Shown: in pieces, positions 37,701 to 48,026 of the stretch
Layout: each line of letters opens with the position of its first letter
How positions within the stretch are numbered: position 1 is the first letter of the stretch
DNA from: Candidatus Multivoradales bacterium
GTDB lineage: Bacteria; Acidobacteriota; Thermoanaerobaculia; Multivoradales; J023
NCBI GenBank assembly: GCA_965248925.1
Contig: CBDFLE010000006.1
Span: 1,056,001 to 1,120,000, forward strand
Length of the DNA stretch: 64,000 nucleotides
Direction: 5' to 3'
Position numbers and translations under genes: made by a program
Notes under the pieces: model-generated
Database searches by the model: none
Told to the model about the DNA's origin: nothing
The model's input: only the letters and a program-made list of their open reading frames with translations

Positions 37701-39515
37701 AACTGGGTTGACGGCACCTGTCGGGCGCACCTCGAAGGGAATCTCGGCCAAGACCTTGAGCCCCAGATTCTCGAGCAAGGGCAGGAAGTCGGCCAGCGGC
37801 CTCGGCACCGCGAGTTCAAAGGTGCGCAACCTCAGTCGCGACGCCACCGCGCCCGGCCGGCGATAGAGTCGCAGCCCCAGCTGGCCCCGCCCCAGCACTT
37901 GCTCGATCACCGCAATGTCCTCCAGCGCCACTTCGGGTGAAGAGTGCTCCTGGTAGGAAGCGGAGAATGCCATGCCATAGCGCCTGAACACACCCAGGCC
38001 ACCTTCCTCGCCACCGGCGCCGACGAGCCGAGCCCGCAGCCGGTCGCTCCACGAACGCGCCGCTTCCAACAACCGCGCTTCGAGGCTCGGCAGGTCGATC
38101 TCCGGCAGTGGCCCCGACGGCAAGCGGAAGGTATAGTGCAGTTGCGCCAGCGGCAACTCAGAAATCCGCGCGCTGAACGAAGCCTGCTCGCCGGCGAAGG
38201 CTTGTTCGAGGATCTTGCCGATCCGCCGCCGCAGCTCCGTCGAATGCTGATCCCGCGGCACGTAGACGATCGAAGAAGCGAAACGCTCCAACTCGTCGTA
38301 GCGCACCAGTAGGATCACCCGCGGCCGCAAATGCAAACGCAAGATGCGGCGAGCAAAATGGTAGAGATCGTCCTCGGAGATTTGAAAGAGTTCGTCCCGA
38401 GGATAGAACTCCACCACATGCTTGAGCAGCTTGGCGTCGTGGCTGGCCGGCGGCAACGCCGCGCGCTCGATCACCCGCGCCGCCTTCAGCCGCACCAGCG
38501 GTATTTCACCCGAGGGGATGGCGTAGGCCATCGAGGTGAAAAGCCCCAACATACGGTACTCGCCGATCAGCTGGCCATCGGCGGCGAAGCGCTTGAGTGA
38601 AATCACGTCCATGTGCACCGGCCGATGGACGGTGGCGGGGTGATTTGACTTCGAAACCATCACCAAGCGGTCACTATCGAGAAAACGGGCCGCCAACTGG
38701 CCCAAGGGCTGCTCGCTGCGGGCTCGGGCTTCGAGAGAGACATGCCGCCGCACGCCGAGGCCGGATTCGGCCACCGGCCGCAGAAAGCGCTGCTCGCCAT
38801 CACTGGCCAGCCGATACTCACGATAGCCGAGGAAGGTGAAATGGTCGGCCGTCACCCAGACCAAGAAGGCGCGGGTCTCAGCCACCTCGGCGGCGGGCAC
38901 CGGCGGCGGCTGGGCGTCGAACTCACTCAGCAGGTGCTCGGCCGCTCGACGCATCAGCGGCCAATCGTCGACCGCTAGGCGAACCTCGTCGAGGATCTTG
39001 CACAGAGCGGTCTCAAGTTCTACCAGCGGCGCCTTCTGGGTCAGCTGATCGACCTGCAGGTGGATCAGCGACTCCCGGTCACCCTCGGCAGCGATCTCCT
39101 GCAATCGACCGTCGCTATCGCGGCGCACACCGAGCTGCGGGTGGACCATGAAATGCACCGCCAAATCACGCCGCGCCAACTCGCCAGTCACCGAGTCGAC
39201 CAGGAAGGGCATGTCGTCGTTGACCATCTCGATCACCGTATGGTCGCTCGACCAACCATGCTCCTGTTGGGTTGGGTTGTAAATCCGTACCGACGCCCGG
39301 CGCGGCTGGCGCGCGCGACCGAGTCGAAAATGACAGAGCACGGCGCCGCAAAGATCTGCGGTCTCCATGCCCTCGAGGTCTTCCACCTCTACGTGGGCGA
39401 AAAAGCGTCGGGCATAGCTCTCTGCCAGATTCCGCTCCGGCTCTTCGGTACGCTGCCGCAGCAGGCCGAGAATCGCCTCCAGGACCTGGTTCATCGTTCG
39501 CTGTCGAGATTTCAT
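34707..39515 (-). CDS. gdhB: Large NAD-specific glutamate dehydrogenase
   Basis: 1602 aa; DDMPFLVDSV, HLRGG.VARGGVRWSDR, KNAVIVPVGAKGGF, YLVVAADKGTA, GYDHKAMGITARGAWESV, GDMSGDVFGNGML. Confidence 0.97.
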   Translation of the reverse strand: MKSRQRTMNQVLEAILGLLRQRTEEPERNLAESYARRFFAHVEVEDLEGMETADLCGAVLCHFRLGRARQPRRASVRIYNPTQQEHGWSSDHTVIEMVNDDMPFLVDSVTGELARRDLAVHFMVHPQLGVRRDSDGRLQEIAAEGDRESLIHLQVDQLTQKAPLVELETALCKILDEVRLAVDDWPLMRRAAEHLLSEFDAQPPPVPAAEVAETRAFLVWVTADHFTFLGYREYRLASDGEQRFLRPVAESGLGVRRHVSLEARARSEQPLGQLAARFLDSDRLVMVSKSNHPATVHRPVHMDVISLKRFAADGQLIGEYRMLGLFTSMAYAIPSGEIPLVRLKAARVIERAALPPASHDAKLLKHVVEFYPRDELFQISEDDLYHFARRILRLHLRPRVILLVRYDELERFASSIVYVPRDQHSTELRRRIGKILEQAFAGEQASFSARISELPLAQLHYTFRLPSGPLPEIDLPSLEARLLEAARSWSDRLRARLVGAGGEEGGLGVFRRYGMAFSASYQEHSSPEVALEDIAVIEQVLGRGQLGLRLYRRPGAVASRLRLRTFELAVPRPLADFLPLLENLGLKVLAEIPFEVRPTGAVNPVWVRDFELVIAGQEVDLEDCQHRFVATFSRLWSGEIESDGLNRLVLGTGLNWRQVLVLRAYVLYLQQANLPFSRVYMAQTLFRNGEVTRGLVDLFETLFDPDRQQSAKQLAEQLEQQLWAALDRVFSLDEDRILRALIGVVAATLRTNFYQFAEDGGPKSYLSLKLAARRIAELPEPRPEFEIFVYSPAVEAVHLRGGLVARGGVRWSDRPADFRTEVLGLIKAQIVKNAVIVPVGAKGGFVVKRPPASGGREELLAEGKRCYRTMIRGLLDLTDNRRGERIETPPRLVCRDAPDPYLVVAADKGTAAFSDLANEIAREYDFWLGDAFASGGSVGYDHKAMGITARGAWESVKRHFRELDHNIQKQPFTAIGVGDMSGDVFGNGMLLSEHTCLLAAFNHLQIFVDPDPDPQPSYAERQRLFRLPRSTWSDYQRGALSAGGAVFERSAKRLELSPEVQRMLGLSETRLTPNDLISAILRCSVDLLWFGGIGTYVKARQETDTEVGDRANDSVRIDASELRCRVIGEGANLGLTQAGRIEYAMGGGCINTDFIDNSGGVDTSDHEVNIKIALDLAMAEGQLDQAARDQLLAEMSEEVVALVLRDNYLQSQALTLSIAQGAELLAEQRHFLLQLERAGRLDRRLERLPDEASLAEREEQQRGLTRPEAAVLLAYAKIYVYEELLSSDLPDDPQLVGDLLRYFPQPVAKRFRGFAERHRLRREIIATSITNSMLNRVGPTFVERLRGDTGFPVPDIARAYTAARDAFRIRRLWGAIEKLDNRVPAELQAELFLHSIRLIERATRWFLRYGDSPREVSKHVAAYRAAIGELADNLEDLLPARARAEVRRRRKRFETAKVPRRLSQQISALDYLACCGDIVRIGRAADEEFERVGKIYFLLGERLGLDRIRRWAARADPKSRWRRQVLKAMGLDLFHHQADLTRRAVSEAARRPRSAVEGFLARHPQAIERLAGLVGELRPNIKPDVAMLSLLEREVRRICGGW

Positions 39516-39812
39516 CGCCGGCCTCCACTCCGCCGACGAACGCCGGCTCGGAGGCGGAGCCTAGCCCAAGTGCGACGAGGGTGGAAGACGTAGGGCGAAT
39601 CTCTTTTGGCTCCCCCCCCGGTCGTTGGACAGACACCAAAGTAGACAGTGATCTAAGAATGGCCTAGCCCACGAGCTGGGCGGGGAACCACAAAGGATTC
39701 AACCGCCGAGGGTCCGCCAGCACCGCTGCTTTATGCCACAAGCGCCGGCAACTGCCTGATACAGAAAGGTTTCTTCACTCTCGCCAAACCCCCTTGTCGG
39801 CCACCAAGAACC

Positions 39813-39828
39813 CGGCACGTAGCTTGCT
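39813..39828 (+). promoter_or_regulatory. Sigma-54 (-24/-12) promoter
   Basis: CGGCACGTAGCTTGCT with correct GG-N10-GC spacing, about 60 bp upstream of GTG 39890. Confidence 0.75.
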
Positions 39829-39889
39829 AAGTGTGCTGTGCATAGCGTCAATAAATACCAACCATCCCGAGATCGGGAGGAGGCTACAC

Positions 39890-42112
39890 GTGAGCTGGAA
39901 AATCAAAGTAAGTTACGACGGTAAGCCGGACGGAGAGTTGCAGGTGGTGGCCTACGCCTTCGATTCAAGAGGCAGGTTTCTTGCCCAGGCACCGATCAAG
40001 AACGGCAAGGCGAAATTCGATCTCGACCCGTCACAGGCCAAGCGTGCTCGCCTGCTGCTGGGCCCAGCGGCGCCCGACGACCTGCGTGCCGACCGTCCAC
40101 CGACCCTAGAACAACTACAACGCTACAACGCCTTCGAAGCCGTGCGCCGGCCGGTAGGCAGCGACCGCTTCGAGGAACTGCTGTCGATACCAGAGCTGAA
40201 TTGGGCTTGGTGGTGGTGGTGCCAGTGCCGGGTGCGCGGGCAGGTGGTGCGGCCGGTCGATATCGGCGGTACGGTGCAGGATCTGCCGGTGTGCCACGCG
40301 CGGGTACACATCTGCGAAGTCGATTATCTTCCTTGGCTGCTAAAGCAGCTGCCAAAAGAGGACATCTTTCGCTTGCGCGACGATCTGCTGATGATCGTCG
40401 AGCGGCCTATCCCCCGGCCGTTGCCCGGCCCGCCGACATTCCAACTCGACCCGCGGGTGATCGATCCAACCCCGATGAACATCGTTGGCCGACGATCTCG
40501 GCCCGACCTGAGCCGCGCCGAAGCTAAATTAGCGCTAGACAATAACCCTCTGGACGGCACCAAATTAATCTCCAGCTTACGCCTCGACCCTGAGCTGCAC
40601 GGCGCTCTGATATCGAATTCGGTGACCTTGATGCGCCGCAGCTTGATCAAGCACTTCAGATTGCTTTTTCCTTATCTCTGCTATTGGCCGTGGTTCCTCC
40701 GTCGCCTCAAATGCGACCAGGTGCGAGTGGTCGAAACCGATAGCCAAGGCTGCTTCGATACCACCATCTACTATCCCTGCGCTGGCGACAAACCTGACCT
40801 CTACTTCTGGGTCGAAGCCATGGTCGGTGGCAGCTGGACGACAGTCTACAGACCACCTTTGGCCTGCAACACCTATTGGAACTACGACTGCGGTAGCCCG
40901 GTGATCCTGCGCACCCACGACCCGCGCGCCCCTATCTGCCAAGACCCGTACGAGCCCCCCGGCCGCCAGATCGCCGTCATGTCGATCGGCAATGGGGTCT
41001 CGATCGCCGAGATTCAGGGAACGGCGGCGGGCACCGCCGAGGGCCTGACTACTAACGGTCAGCCGTTCGGCGCCCGCTTGGAGCCCCATGTGGTCTTCGG
41101 CCGCAGCGGTCTGGCCAGCGCCGGCATCGACCACTACCGTTGGTCCTACCGGCGGCTGACCAACGCCGTTGGCGGCGCGGTGAGCGATTCGTGGCACGCC
41201 ATGGACCGCACCGTGATCCGTCACTACGGGGTGATCGATCCAACCCCCCCTGATTTCCCCCTGACCTTCCATCCCCACACCCTGGGTCCGGACCCTGCTC
41301 ACCCTGGGCTCAACTTGTTCGAGATTCAAGGCGATGCGCCGGCCGGCTCCATCGGCTGGACACCGATCGACGCTCGCGAGGACTCTGCCAGCGCTTTCTT
41401 CAAAACCCACCTGCTGGACGGCGGCGACATGGCGGCGGCGGCGGGCAACTATGAACTCAAATTGGAGCTGTTTATGAGCAATGGCTCGCTGGCCAATCTC
41501 ACCACCGAGAGTGTGCTGGTCAAGGAGGCCGCCGACCCGGCACCCTTCGGCGCCGGCACGGTCAACACCATCCCGGCACCCAACGAGCACTTGTTGCGCA
41601 ACGGCGCTGGCGACGTGGTCGGTTTTCGCATCACCCTGCGGGTCGACAACAACCCCTGTGATGCGGAGATCATCGCCACCACCGGTAGCGGCTTATCGGT
41701 CGATGCCGATTGCGGATTTATCGAGTATCAGGCGGGAGCTTCGGTCGACCTGGCCTTCACCGCCAGTCATCCGAACAACTTCGCCAAGTTCCGCTTCAGC
41801 ACTTTCCGCGGCCCATCGATCGACGTGCCCGAGGCTTCGGCTCCCCAAGCGGGGCAGCCAGCGGCGAGTGTCGGCAGCGCGGTGGTCAACGGCTTCGGGC
41901 GCGACGCGGCGAGCGTATTCCGCAAGAATGTGCCGGTGCCGACAATGCTGACCAGTAACAAACCGCCCTTGAGCGCCGACTGCGACAGCGCCGCTTTTGC
42001 CGAGACCCTCCACGTCACAGCGATGGCGACCGATGGTTGGAGCCGACTCCAGCACCTCGACCGTCACGCCACGCCGAAGGCTTTCGCGTTGGCACCCACC
42101 ACGACACCATAG
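39890..42112 (+). CDS. Large hypothetical protein, Cys/Trp-rich, with a possible transthyretin-like domain
   Basis: GGAGGAGG RBS before GTG 39890; VRGQVV...ARVHICEVD and ETDSQGCF...DKPDLYFWVE resemble prealbumin-like fold motifs. Confidence 0.8.
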   Translation: MSWKIKVSYDGKPDGELQVVAYAFDSRGRFLAQAPIKNGKAKFDLDPSQAKRARLLLGPAAPDDLRADRPPTLEQLQRYNAFEAVRRPVGSDRFEELLSIPELNWAWWWWCQCRVRGQVVRPVDIGGTVQDLPVCHARVHICEVDYLPWLLKQLPKEDIFRLRDDLLMIVERPIPRPLPGPPTFQLDPRVIDPTPMNIVGRRSRPDLSRAEAKLALDNNPLDGTKLISSLRLDPELHGALISNSVTLMRRSLIKHFRLLFPYLCYWPWFLRRLKCDQVRVVETDSQGCFDTTIYYPCAGDKPDLYFWVEAMVGGSWTTVYRPPLACNTYWNYDCGSPVILRTHDPRAPICQDPYEPPGRQIAVMSIGNGVSIAEIQGTAAGTAEGLTTNGQPFGARLEPHVVFGRSGLASAGIDHYRWSYRRLTNAVGGAVSDSWHAMDRTVIRHYGVIDPTPPDFPLTFHPHTLGPDPAHPGLNLFEIQGDAPAGSIGWTPIDAREDSASAFFKTHLLDGGDMAAAAGNYELKLELFMSNGSLANLTTESVLVKEAADPAPFGAGTVNTIPAPNEHLLRNGAGDVVGFRITLRVDNNPCDAEIIATTGSGLSVDADCGFIEYQAGASVDLAFTASHPNNFAKFRFSTFRGPSIDVPEASAPQAGQPAASVGSAVVNGFGRDAASVFRKNVPVPTMLTSNKPPLSADCDSAAFAETLHVTAMATDGWSRLQHLDRHATPKAFALAPTTTP

Positions 42113-42140
42113 GTCTCGATCCATTCTTGGGAGGGAATCT

Positions 42141-42197
42141 GAAAAAGGGGTGAGGAGCCCGTTCGGCCCCCCGGGCGAACGGGCTCCCCCCCTCTTT
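42141..42197. terminator. Probable bidirectional intrinsic terminator
   Basis: GGAGCCCGTTCG-N10-CGAACGGGCTCC flanked by AAAAAGGGG and CCCCTCTTT, between convergent genes. Confidence 0.7.
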
Positions 42198-42383
42198 ATC
42201 GCGGCATCTGAGCGGGCTGCTGAGCCTTAAGGGGTCCATCCACCGCGGAGGAGCTTTGATGATTCGTCTAGATACTAGGACCGAACCCAGGGATCGTCAT
42301 CTGCCGAAAGTTATGACTTGAGAGAGTGGCAGAAAGGCAGAAAAAAGATGTCACGAAAGGCGCGAAAAACCCGTCCAGGAGGC

Positions 42384-43058
42384 TCAGTCAGCCTTGGGCT
42401 CTTCCTCATGCAGTGACGCCAGACCTTGGCGCAGGGCCCACAGGGCGGCCTCGATGCGGTTGGTAACCCGCAGCTTGGCAAGGATGTGGCTGACATGCAC
42501 TCGCACCGTGCCGCCGGTGATGTGGATGCGCTCGGCGATCCGTTGATTCGAGTAGCCCCGTGCCACCCACAACAACACCTCGACCTCGCGCGCGGTCAGC
42601 GCCTCGGGGGCCGGGCTAGCATCCAGCCGCTCTGCCAGACGGCTGGCAAGCTCGGGAGACAAGACGGTCTCGCCGCGAGCGGCCCGCCTTATCGCGTCAA
42701 CCACCTCGGTCCAAGCGGTGTCTTTGGAGATAAAGCCGAGAGCGCCGGCGCGGATCGCCGCCACCGTTCGCGCCTCGTCGCCGACCCCGGAAAAGGCCAG
42801 AATGCGAGCCGGCGAGGCACTCTCAAGAATCGCCCGGATGGCATCGACACCACTCATCACCGGCATCAGCAAGTCCATCAGAATCACATCCGGCTTGAGC
42901 TCCGCGGCAGCCTCGACCGCCGCCTGGCCATCGGCCACCAGGCCGACGACATCGATGTCCTCGGTCTCACCCAACATCGCGCTGATCCCGCGACCCACTA
43001 AATCGTGGTCGTCGGCAATCAGGACTCGGATGGCTGTCTTGGCTGGCTGTTCGCTCAC
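42384..43058 (-). CDS. NarL/LuxR-family response regulator
   Basis: VLIADDH, PDVILMDLLMP, LTAREVEVL...GYSN..IA. Confidence 0.95.
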   Translation of the reverse strand: MSEQPAKTAIRVLIADDHDLVGRGISAMLGETEDIDVVGLVADGQAAVEAAAELKPDVILMDLLMPVMSGVDAIRAILESASPARILAFSGVGDEARTVAAIRAGALGFISKDTAWTEVVDAIRRAARGETVLSPELASRLAERLDASPAPEALTAREVEVLLWVARGYSNQRIAERIHITGGTVRVHVSHILAKLRVTNRIEAALWALRQGLASLHEEEPKAD

Positions 43059-43201
43059 GGTGCTATTTCAGAGTCATTGGTGACACTTTTCCTGGTTGCG
43101 ACTCTAGCAGGACTGGCGGCTGACACCCAGCAGCAGAGCCACTCTTGCCATACAATTACCCGAACCGAGAGAACCCTCCCAGCATCTGAGGATCCCAGGC
43201 C

Positions 43202-45859
43202 ATGGCATTGGACAAGTACTTCGAACCGCAGCAGAACGAGACCGAGATCTACCGCCAATGGGAGGATTCTGGCGCCTTCCGCGCCGCCGCCGACTCCACC
43301 AAACCCCCCTTCACCATCTCGATGCCGCCGCCCAACGCCACCGGCACCCTGCACTTGGGCCACGCCATCATGCTGACCCTCGAAGACATGATGATTCGCT
43401 GGCGACGCATGGCCGGTGATGAAGCATTGTGGCTGCCAGGAACCGACCACGCGGCGATCGCTAGCGAAAGCGTGGTCATCAGCAAGCTGCAGAAGGAAGG
43501 TATGGCCGACCCCCGTGGCGAACTCGGGCGTGCAGGACTGGTGCGACGGATAGCCGATTTCGTCGCCGGCTCACGCCAACGCATCCGCCAGCAGATTCGC
43601 GCCATGGGTTGCAGCTGCGATTGGTCGCGTGAGCGCTACACCATGGACCCGCAGCTCAACCGGTTGGTCGGCGAGGTGTTCGCAAGGATGTATGGCGACG
43701 GCCTGATCTACCGCGGACCGCGCATCGTCAACTGGGATCCGGTGCTGCAAACCACGGTGTCCGACGACGAGGTCTACCACGTCGATCGGGCGGCAAAGTT
43801 CTACACCCTGCGCTACGGCCCCTTTCTGGTCGCCACCAGCCGCCCGGAAACCAAGCTGGGCGATACCGCCGTCGCCGTCCATCCCGACGACCCGCGTTGG
43901 CAAGAGCACATCGGCAAGACCTATGAAGTGGCTTGGCCCAAGGGGCCCACCCTCACCGTCCGGGTGGTTGCCGACGACCACGTCGACCCGGAGCTGGGCA
44001 CCGGCGCTCTGGGAGTGACGCCAGCCCACAGCCAGGCCGACTTCGACATCGCCAGCCGCCATGATCTGCCGCTGGTGCAGGTGATCGGTGAAGACGGCCG
44101 GATGACCTCCGCCGCTGGCGAATACTATGCCGGGATGACCGTCGAGGAATGTCGCGCGGCCTTTGTCGCCGAGCTCGACGCCGCCGGTCTGCTCGCCGAA
44201 GTGCGCGACTACACCCAACCCATCGCCCTCTGCTACCGCTCCAAGCAGCCGATTGAGCCGCTGCCCAAAGAGCAATGGTTCGTCGACGTCGAGCGCCCGG
44301 CGGTATCCTGGAAGGGTCAGACCCTGAGCCTCAAGCAGGTGCTGCACGACGCCGTCAGTTCAGGCGACATCCAACTGGTGCCGGAGCACCAAGCAAAGAC
44401 CTATTTTCATTGGATCGACAACCTCCGCGACTGGTGCATCTCGCGCCAAATCTGGTGGGGTCACCGGGTCCCGGTTTGGTACCGGGAAGGTGAACAACCC
44501 CACGTCGGCAGCCAAGCGCCCGACGGCGAGGGCTGGCGCCAAGACCCCGACACCCTCGACACCTGGTTCTCCTCCGCCCTGTGGACCTTCTCGACCCTGA
44601 TCGACCCCGAAGTAGCCGCCGATCAGCGGTTGGATCTCGCTGACTTGCTAGCACAGAGCCCGGATTTCCGTACCTTTCACCCCACCTCGGTGATGGAGAC
44701 CGGCTACGACATCCTCTTCTTCTGGGTCGCGCGGATGATTCTGATGACCACCTATGCCACCGGCCAGGTGCCCTTTAAAACCGTCTACCTGCACGGCCTG
44801 ATCCTCGACCGCGACGGCGACAAGATGTCGAAGTCGAAACCGGAAACCTGTATCGATCCACTCGACACGATCGCCGACAGCGGCTGCGACAGCCTGCGCC
44901 TAGCCCTGGTGGTCGGCAACGCTCCGGGTCAAGACCTGAAGCTCACCGAAGAACGCATCGTCGGCTGCAAACGCTTGGTCAACAAGATCTGGAATGCCGC
45001 CAAACTGGTCGAACGAGCAGTGGGTGACCAGCAGCTGAGCAATGTCTCTCTAGAGCACATAGAGCACCCGATGAATCGCTGGATGCTGGCCGAGTTGCGC
45101 CGCTTGGTAGGGACTGTCGACCGACGGCTGGCGGCCTATCAATTCGGCGATGCCGCCGAGCACATCCGCCATTCGTTCTGGAGTACCTTCTGTGACTTTT
45201 ATTTGGAAACAATCAAGGTCGAACCGCTGGCCGAGATGAAAGAAACCAGCGCCGTGTTGCTGGCCACTTTCACCACCTACCTGAAGCTCTTTCATCCCTA
45301 CATGCCATTCGTCACCGAAAAGCTGTGGCAAGAGCTGGGCTGCGAGGGACAACTGATCAGCGCCTCCTGGCCACAACCCAACCCGGCTCACGAATTTGCC
45401 GAAGAGGCCACCGGCGTCGGCGCTGTCGAGCGGCTGGTCGCCGAGGTACGGCGCATCCGCGCCGAGCAGGGACTTCAGCCCGGCGCCAAGATCGAACTCG
45501 CGGTTCGGACCCACGACCACGCCCAAACCTTCGCCGCTTGTCGCGAGATCGTCGCCCGGCTAGTACGGGCCGAGCAGCTCGAGCTGGGTCCGGAAGTCGC
45601 CCTGGACGGCGCCGGCGCCACCGCCGTCGACGCCGCTTTCGAGGTCGAGGTCCGCCTGGGCCAGGCCGACCGCAACGCCGAACGGCAGCGCCTCGAGAAA
45701 CAACTTGAGCAAGCCCTCGGCCATCTCAACGGGGTCGAAAAGCGGCTGGCCAACGAGCAGTTCATCAGCCGCGCCAACCCGGCTGCAGTCGCTGGCGCTC
45801 ACGCCCAGGCAGAGCAGCTCCGCACCACCATAGCCGCGCTGCGAGACCGACTGGGTTGA
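43202..45859 (+). CDS. valS: Valyl-tRNA synthetase
   Basis: PPPNATGTLHLGHA, PGTDHA, WCISRQIWWGHR, DTWFSS, DILFFWVARM, KMSKS, C-terminal coiled coil. Confidence 0.97.
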   Translation: MALDKYFEPQQNETEIYRQWEDSGAFRAAADSTKPPFTISMPPPNATGTLHLGHAIMLTLEDMMIRWRRMAGDEALWLPGTDHAAIASESVVISKLQKEGMADPRGELGRAGLVRRIADFVAGSRQRIRQQIRAMGCSCDWSRERYTMDPQLNRLVGEVFARMYGDGLIYRGPRIVNWDPVLQTTVSDDEVYHVDRAAKFYTLRYGPFLVATSRPETKLGDTAVAVHPDDPRWQEHIGKTYEVAWPKGPTLTVRVVADDHVDPELGTGALGVTPAHSQADFDIASRHDLPLVQVIGEDGRMTSAAGEYYAGMTVEECRAAFVAELDAAGLLAEVRDYTQPIALCYRSKQPIEPLPKEQWFVDVERPAVSWKGQTLSLKQVLHDAVSSGDIQLVPEHQAKTYFHWIDNLRDWCISRQIWWGHRVPVWYREGEQPHVGSQAPDGEGWRQDPDTLDTWFSSALWTFSTLIDPEVAADQRLDLADLLAQSPDFRTFHPTSVMETGYDILFFWVARMILMTTYATGQVPFKTVYLHGLILDRDGDKMSKSKPETCIDPLDTIADSGCDSLRLALVVGNAPGQDLKLTEERIVGCKRLVNKIWNAAKLVERAVGDQQLSNVSLEHIEHPMNRWMLAELRRLVGTVDRRLAAYQFGDAAEHIRHSFWSTFCDFYLETIKVEPLAEMKETSAVLLATFTTYLKLFHPYMPFVTEKLWQELGCEGQLISASWPQPNPAHEFAEEATGVGAVERLVAEVRRIRAEQGLQPGAKIELAVRTHDHAQTFAACREIVARLVRAEQLELGPEVALDGAGATAVDAAFEVEVRLGQADRNAERQRLEKQLEQALGHLNGVEKRLANEQFISRANPAAVAGAHAQAEQLRTTIAALRDRLG

Positions 45860-46106
45860 CGATCTAAGAGCTTTGATCTCTATCGACAAAGAATATTTCC
45901 CAAACCACAACAGATCATCAAATCAAGAGATCAACACGAAGATCTAGCTGCCATTTCATGTTACCGTAGAAGTAGCGGAGGCGATGGATGATCGGAAAAT
46001 GGGACTCCTCTCCTATCATTTTTTTAGAAAACATGTTTATACGTTCACTGCGGCCCAGCATTCAATCGACAGCCGCCGCTCACCTCCGGCTCGACAAAGG
46101 CAACAG

Positions 46107-48026
46107 ATGAGCGGCCCAGATCAGAGCGCCCCACCGGCGCAACCCGGCGATCTATTCCAATCCCTTCCGGTACCCCTTTTTCGCTGCACGCCCGAGGGGC
46201 AGTTTCTCGAAGTCAATCAAGCCTTGGTTGCCGTCCTCGGCTATCCGACCCGACCCAGCTTGGAGGCCGCCAACTTCGCCGGTCTGTTCGAGGACCCGGC
46301 GGACTTCAAGCGCCATAACCGGATACTGAGACAAGAAGGCCGGCTGCTGGGCCTGGAAACGCGGCTGAAACACCACCACGGCGGTGCCATCTGGGTGCGA
46401 GAGCGCTGCCAGGCCTTTCGTGAAGCCAACGGCCAGATCTACTACGAAGGCAGTTTCGAGGACATCACTCGCTGCAAGCAAGCAGAAGCCGCGCTACAGG
46501 TCCGAGAGGAGAAATACAGCTGCCTGTTCCATCAATCGAGCAGCGCCATTCTGATCCAAAATCTTGAGGGAGGGATCATCGACGTCAATCAGCAAGCCCT
46601 CGAATTGACCGGCCTCGATCGGGCCACTCTGCTTGGCCTGAAGGCTATTGACCTGCTCTCGCCAGCGAACCGCGACCAGGCCGCGCAGATCTCCAGTCAG
46701 CTCGCTCTAGAGGGCCCCTCGGAGTTTGGCGCCCTGCTCACCGCCAGGAACGGCGAAGACTTCCCGGTGAAGATCTCGGCCAGCACCTTCGAAGTTGCCG
46801 AGCGCACCTTGGTGCAGTGGTCGATGCGCGATGCACGGGAGCGCAACAAGCTGGAGAAACAGCTCCGCCAAGCCCAACGGATGGAGGCTGTCGGCAGATT
46901 GGCTGGCGGAATCGCCCACGATTTCAACAACCTGCTCACCGTGATCTCCATGTATTGCGACTTGCTACTCAGCCGCCTCGACAGCGACAGCCCGCCGCGC
47001 ACCGACGTTGAGCAGATCAAGAAAGCCGGCGAACGAGCCGCCACTCTGACCCGCCAGCTACTGGCCTTTAGCCGCCAGCAAGTGTTGCGACCGCAGATCC
47101 TCGATCTTAATCTGGTGGTCTCCGATCTTGGCCGCATGCTGCGCCGGCTGATCCGCGAGAACATCGAATTGGAGACCGCGCTCGACTCTGATCTGGGACG
47201 GATCAAGGCCGATCCTGGCCAGCTCGAGCAAGTGCTGATGAATCTGGTGGTCAATGCCAGCAACGCCATGCCAGCTGGCGGCCGCTTGCGGGTGAGGACC
47301 GAGAACCTCAACCACCGTCGGGGCGACAATGAGCACAACCCCTTGTTGCAACCGGGACACTGGATAGTTTTGTCGGTCAGCGACAGCGGCATCGGCATCG
47401 CTGCCGCGGCGATGCCGAGGATCTTCGAACCCTTCTACACCACCAAGGACCCAGGCAAGGGGACCGGCTTGGGCTTGTCGACGGTCTATGGCATCGTCAA
47501 GCAAAGCGGCGGCTTTGTGTTCGCTAATAGCGAACAAGGCGTGGGCACCCAATTCCGGGTCTACCTGCCGCGGGTTGAAGATGAGGTCGAACCGCACATC
47601 ACTAGCCCCAGCGACACCGGGCTGCCCGGGGGCTCGGAGACCATCCTGGTGGTCGAAGACCAGACCGACCTCCGAACCTTGGTGGGAAAAGTCCTACGAG
47701 ACCAGGGGTATCGGGTGCTTGAAGCCGAAAACGGCGCGGAAGCACTGGCTAAGATCGCCGAGTATGACGGCCAGATCCACCTGATGGTTACCGACCTGGT
47801 GATGCCCGGAATGAGCGGCAGCGAGTTGTCGAACCAGGTCAGAGACACCGCCGCGGCGATGAAGGTGCTGTTCATGTCGGGCTATAGCACCGAGGCCATC
47901 ACCCAACACGGCCTACTAGAAGAAGGCACCTTCTTCCTCGAAAAGCCCTTCACCTCCCAGACCTTGGCTCGCCAAGTCAACGAGATGCTGCAAAGCAGCC
48001 GGGCAGAGGACACGGCCAAGCCCTGA
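46107..48026 (+). CDS. Hybrid sensor histidine kinase (2 PAS + HisKA + HATPase + receiver)
   Basis: GRLAGGIAHDFNNLL, NLVVNA, FEPFYTTK..GKGTGLGL, receiver TDLVMPG; start chosen at ATG 46107. Confidence 0.95.
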   Translation: MSGPDQSAPPAQPGDLFQSLPVPLFRCTPEGQFLEVNQALVAVLGYPTRPSLEAANFAGLFEDPADFKRHNRILRQEGRLLGLETRLKHHHGGAIWVRERCQAFREANGQIYYEGSFEDITRCKQAEAALQVREEKYSCLFHQSSSAILIQNLEGGIIDVNQQALELTGLDRATLLGLKAIDLLSPANRDQAAQISSQLALEGPSEFGALLTARNGEDFPVKISASTFEVAERTLVQWSMRDARERNKLEKQLRQAQRMEAVGRLAGGIAHDFNNLLTVISMYCDLLLSRLDSDSPPRTDVEQIKKAGERAATLTRQLLAFSRQQVLRPQILDLNLVVSDLGRMLRRLIRENIELETALDSDLGRIKADPGQLEQVLMNLVVNASNAMPAGGRLRVRTENLNHRRGDNEHNPLLQPGHWIVLSVSDSGIGIAAAAMPRIFEPFYTTKDPGKGTGLGLSTVYGIVKQSGGFVFANSEQGVGTQFRVYLPRVEDEVEPHITSPSDTGLPGGSETILVVEDQTDLRTLVGKVLRDQGYRVLEAENGAEALAKIAEYDGQIHLMVTDLVMPGMSGSELSNQVRDTAAAMKVLFMSGYSTEAITQHGLLEEGTFFLEKPFTSQTLARQVNEMLQSSRAEDTAKP

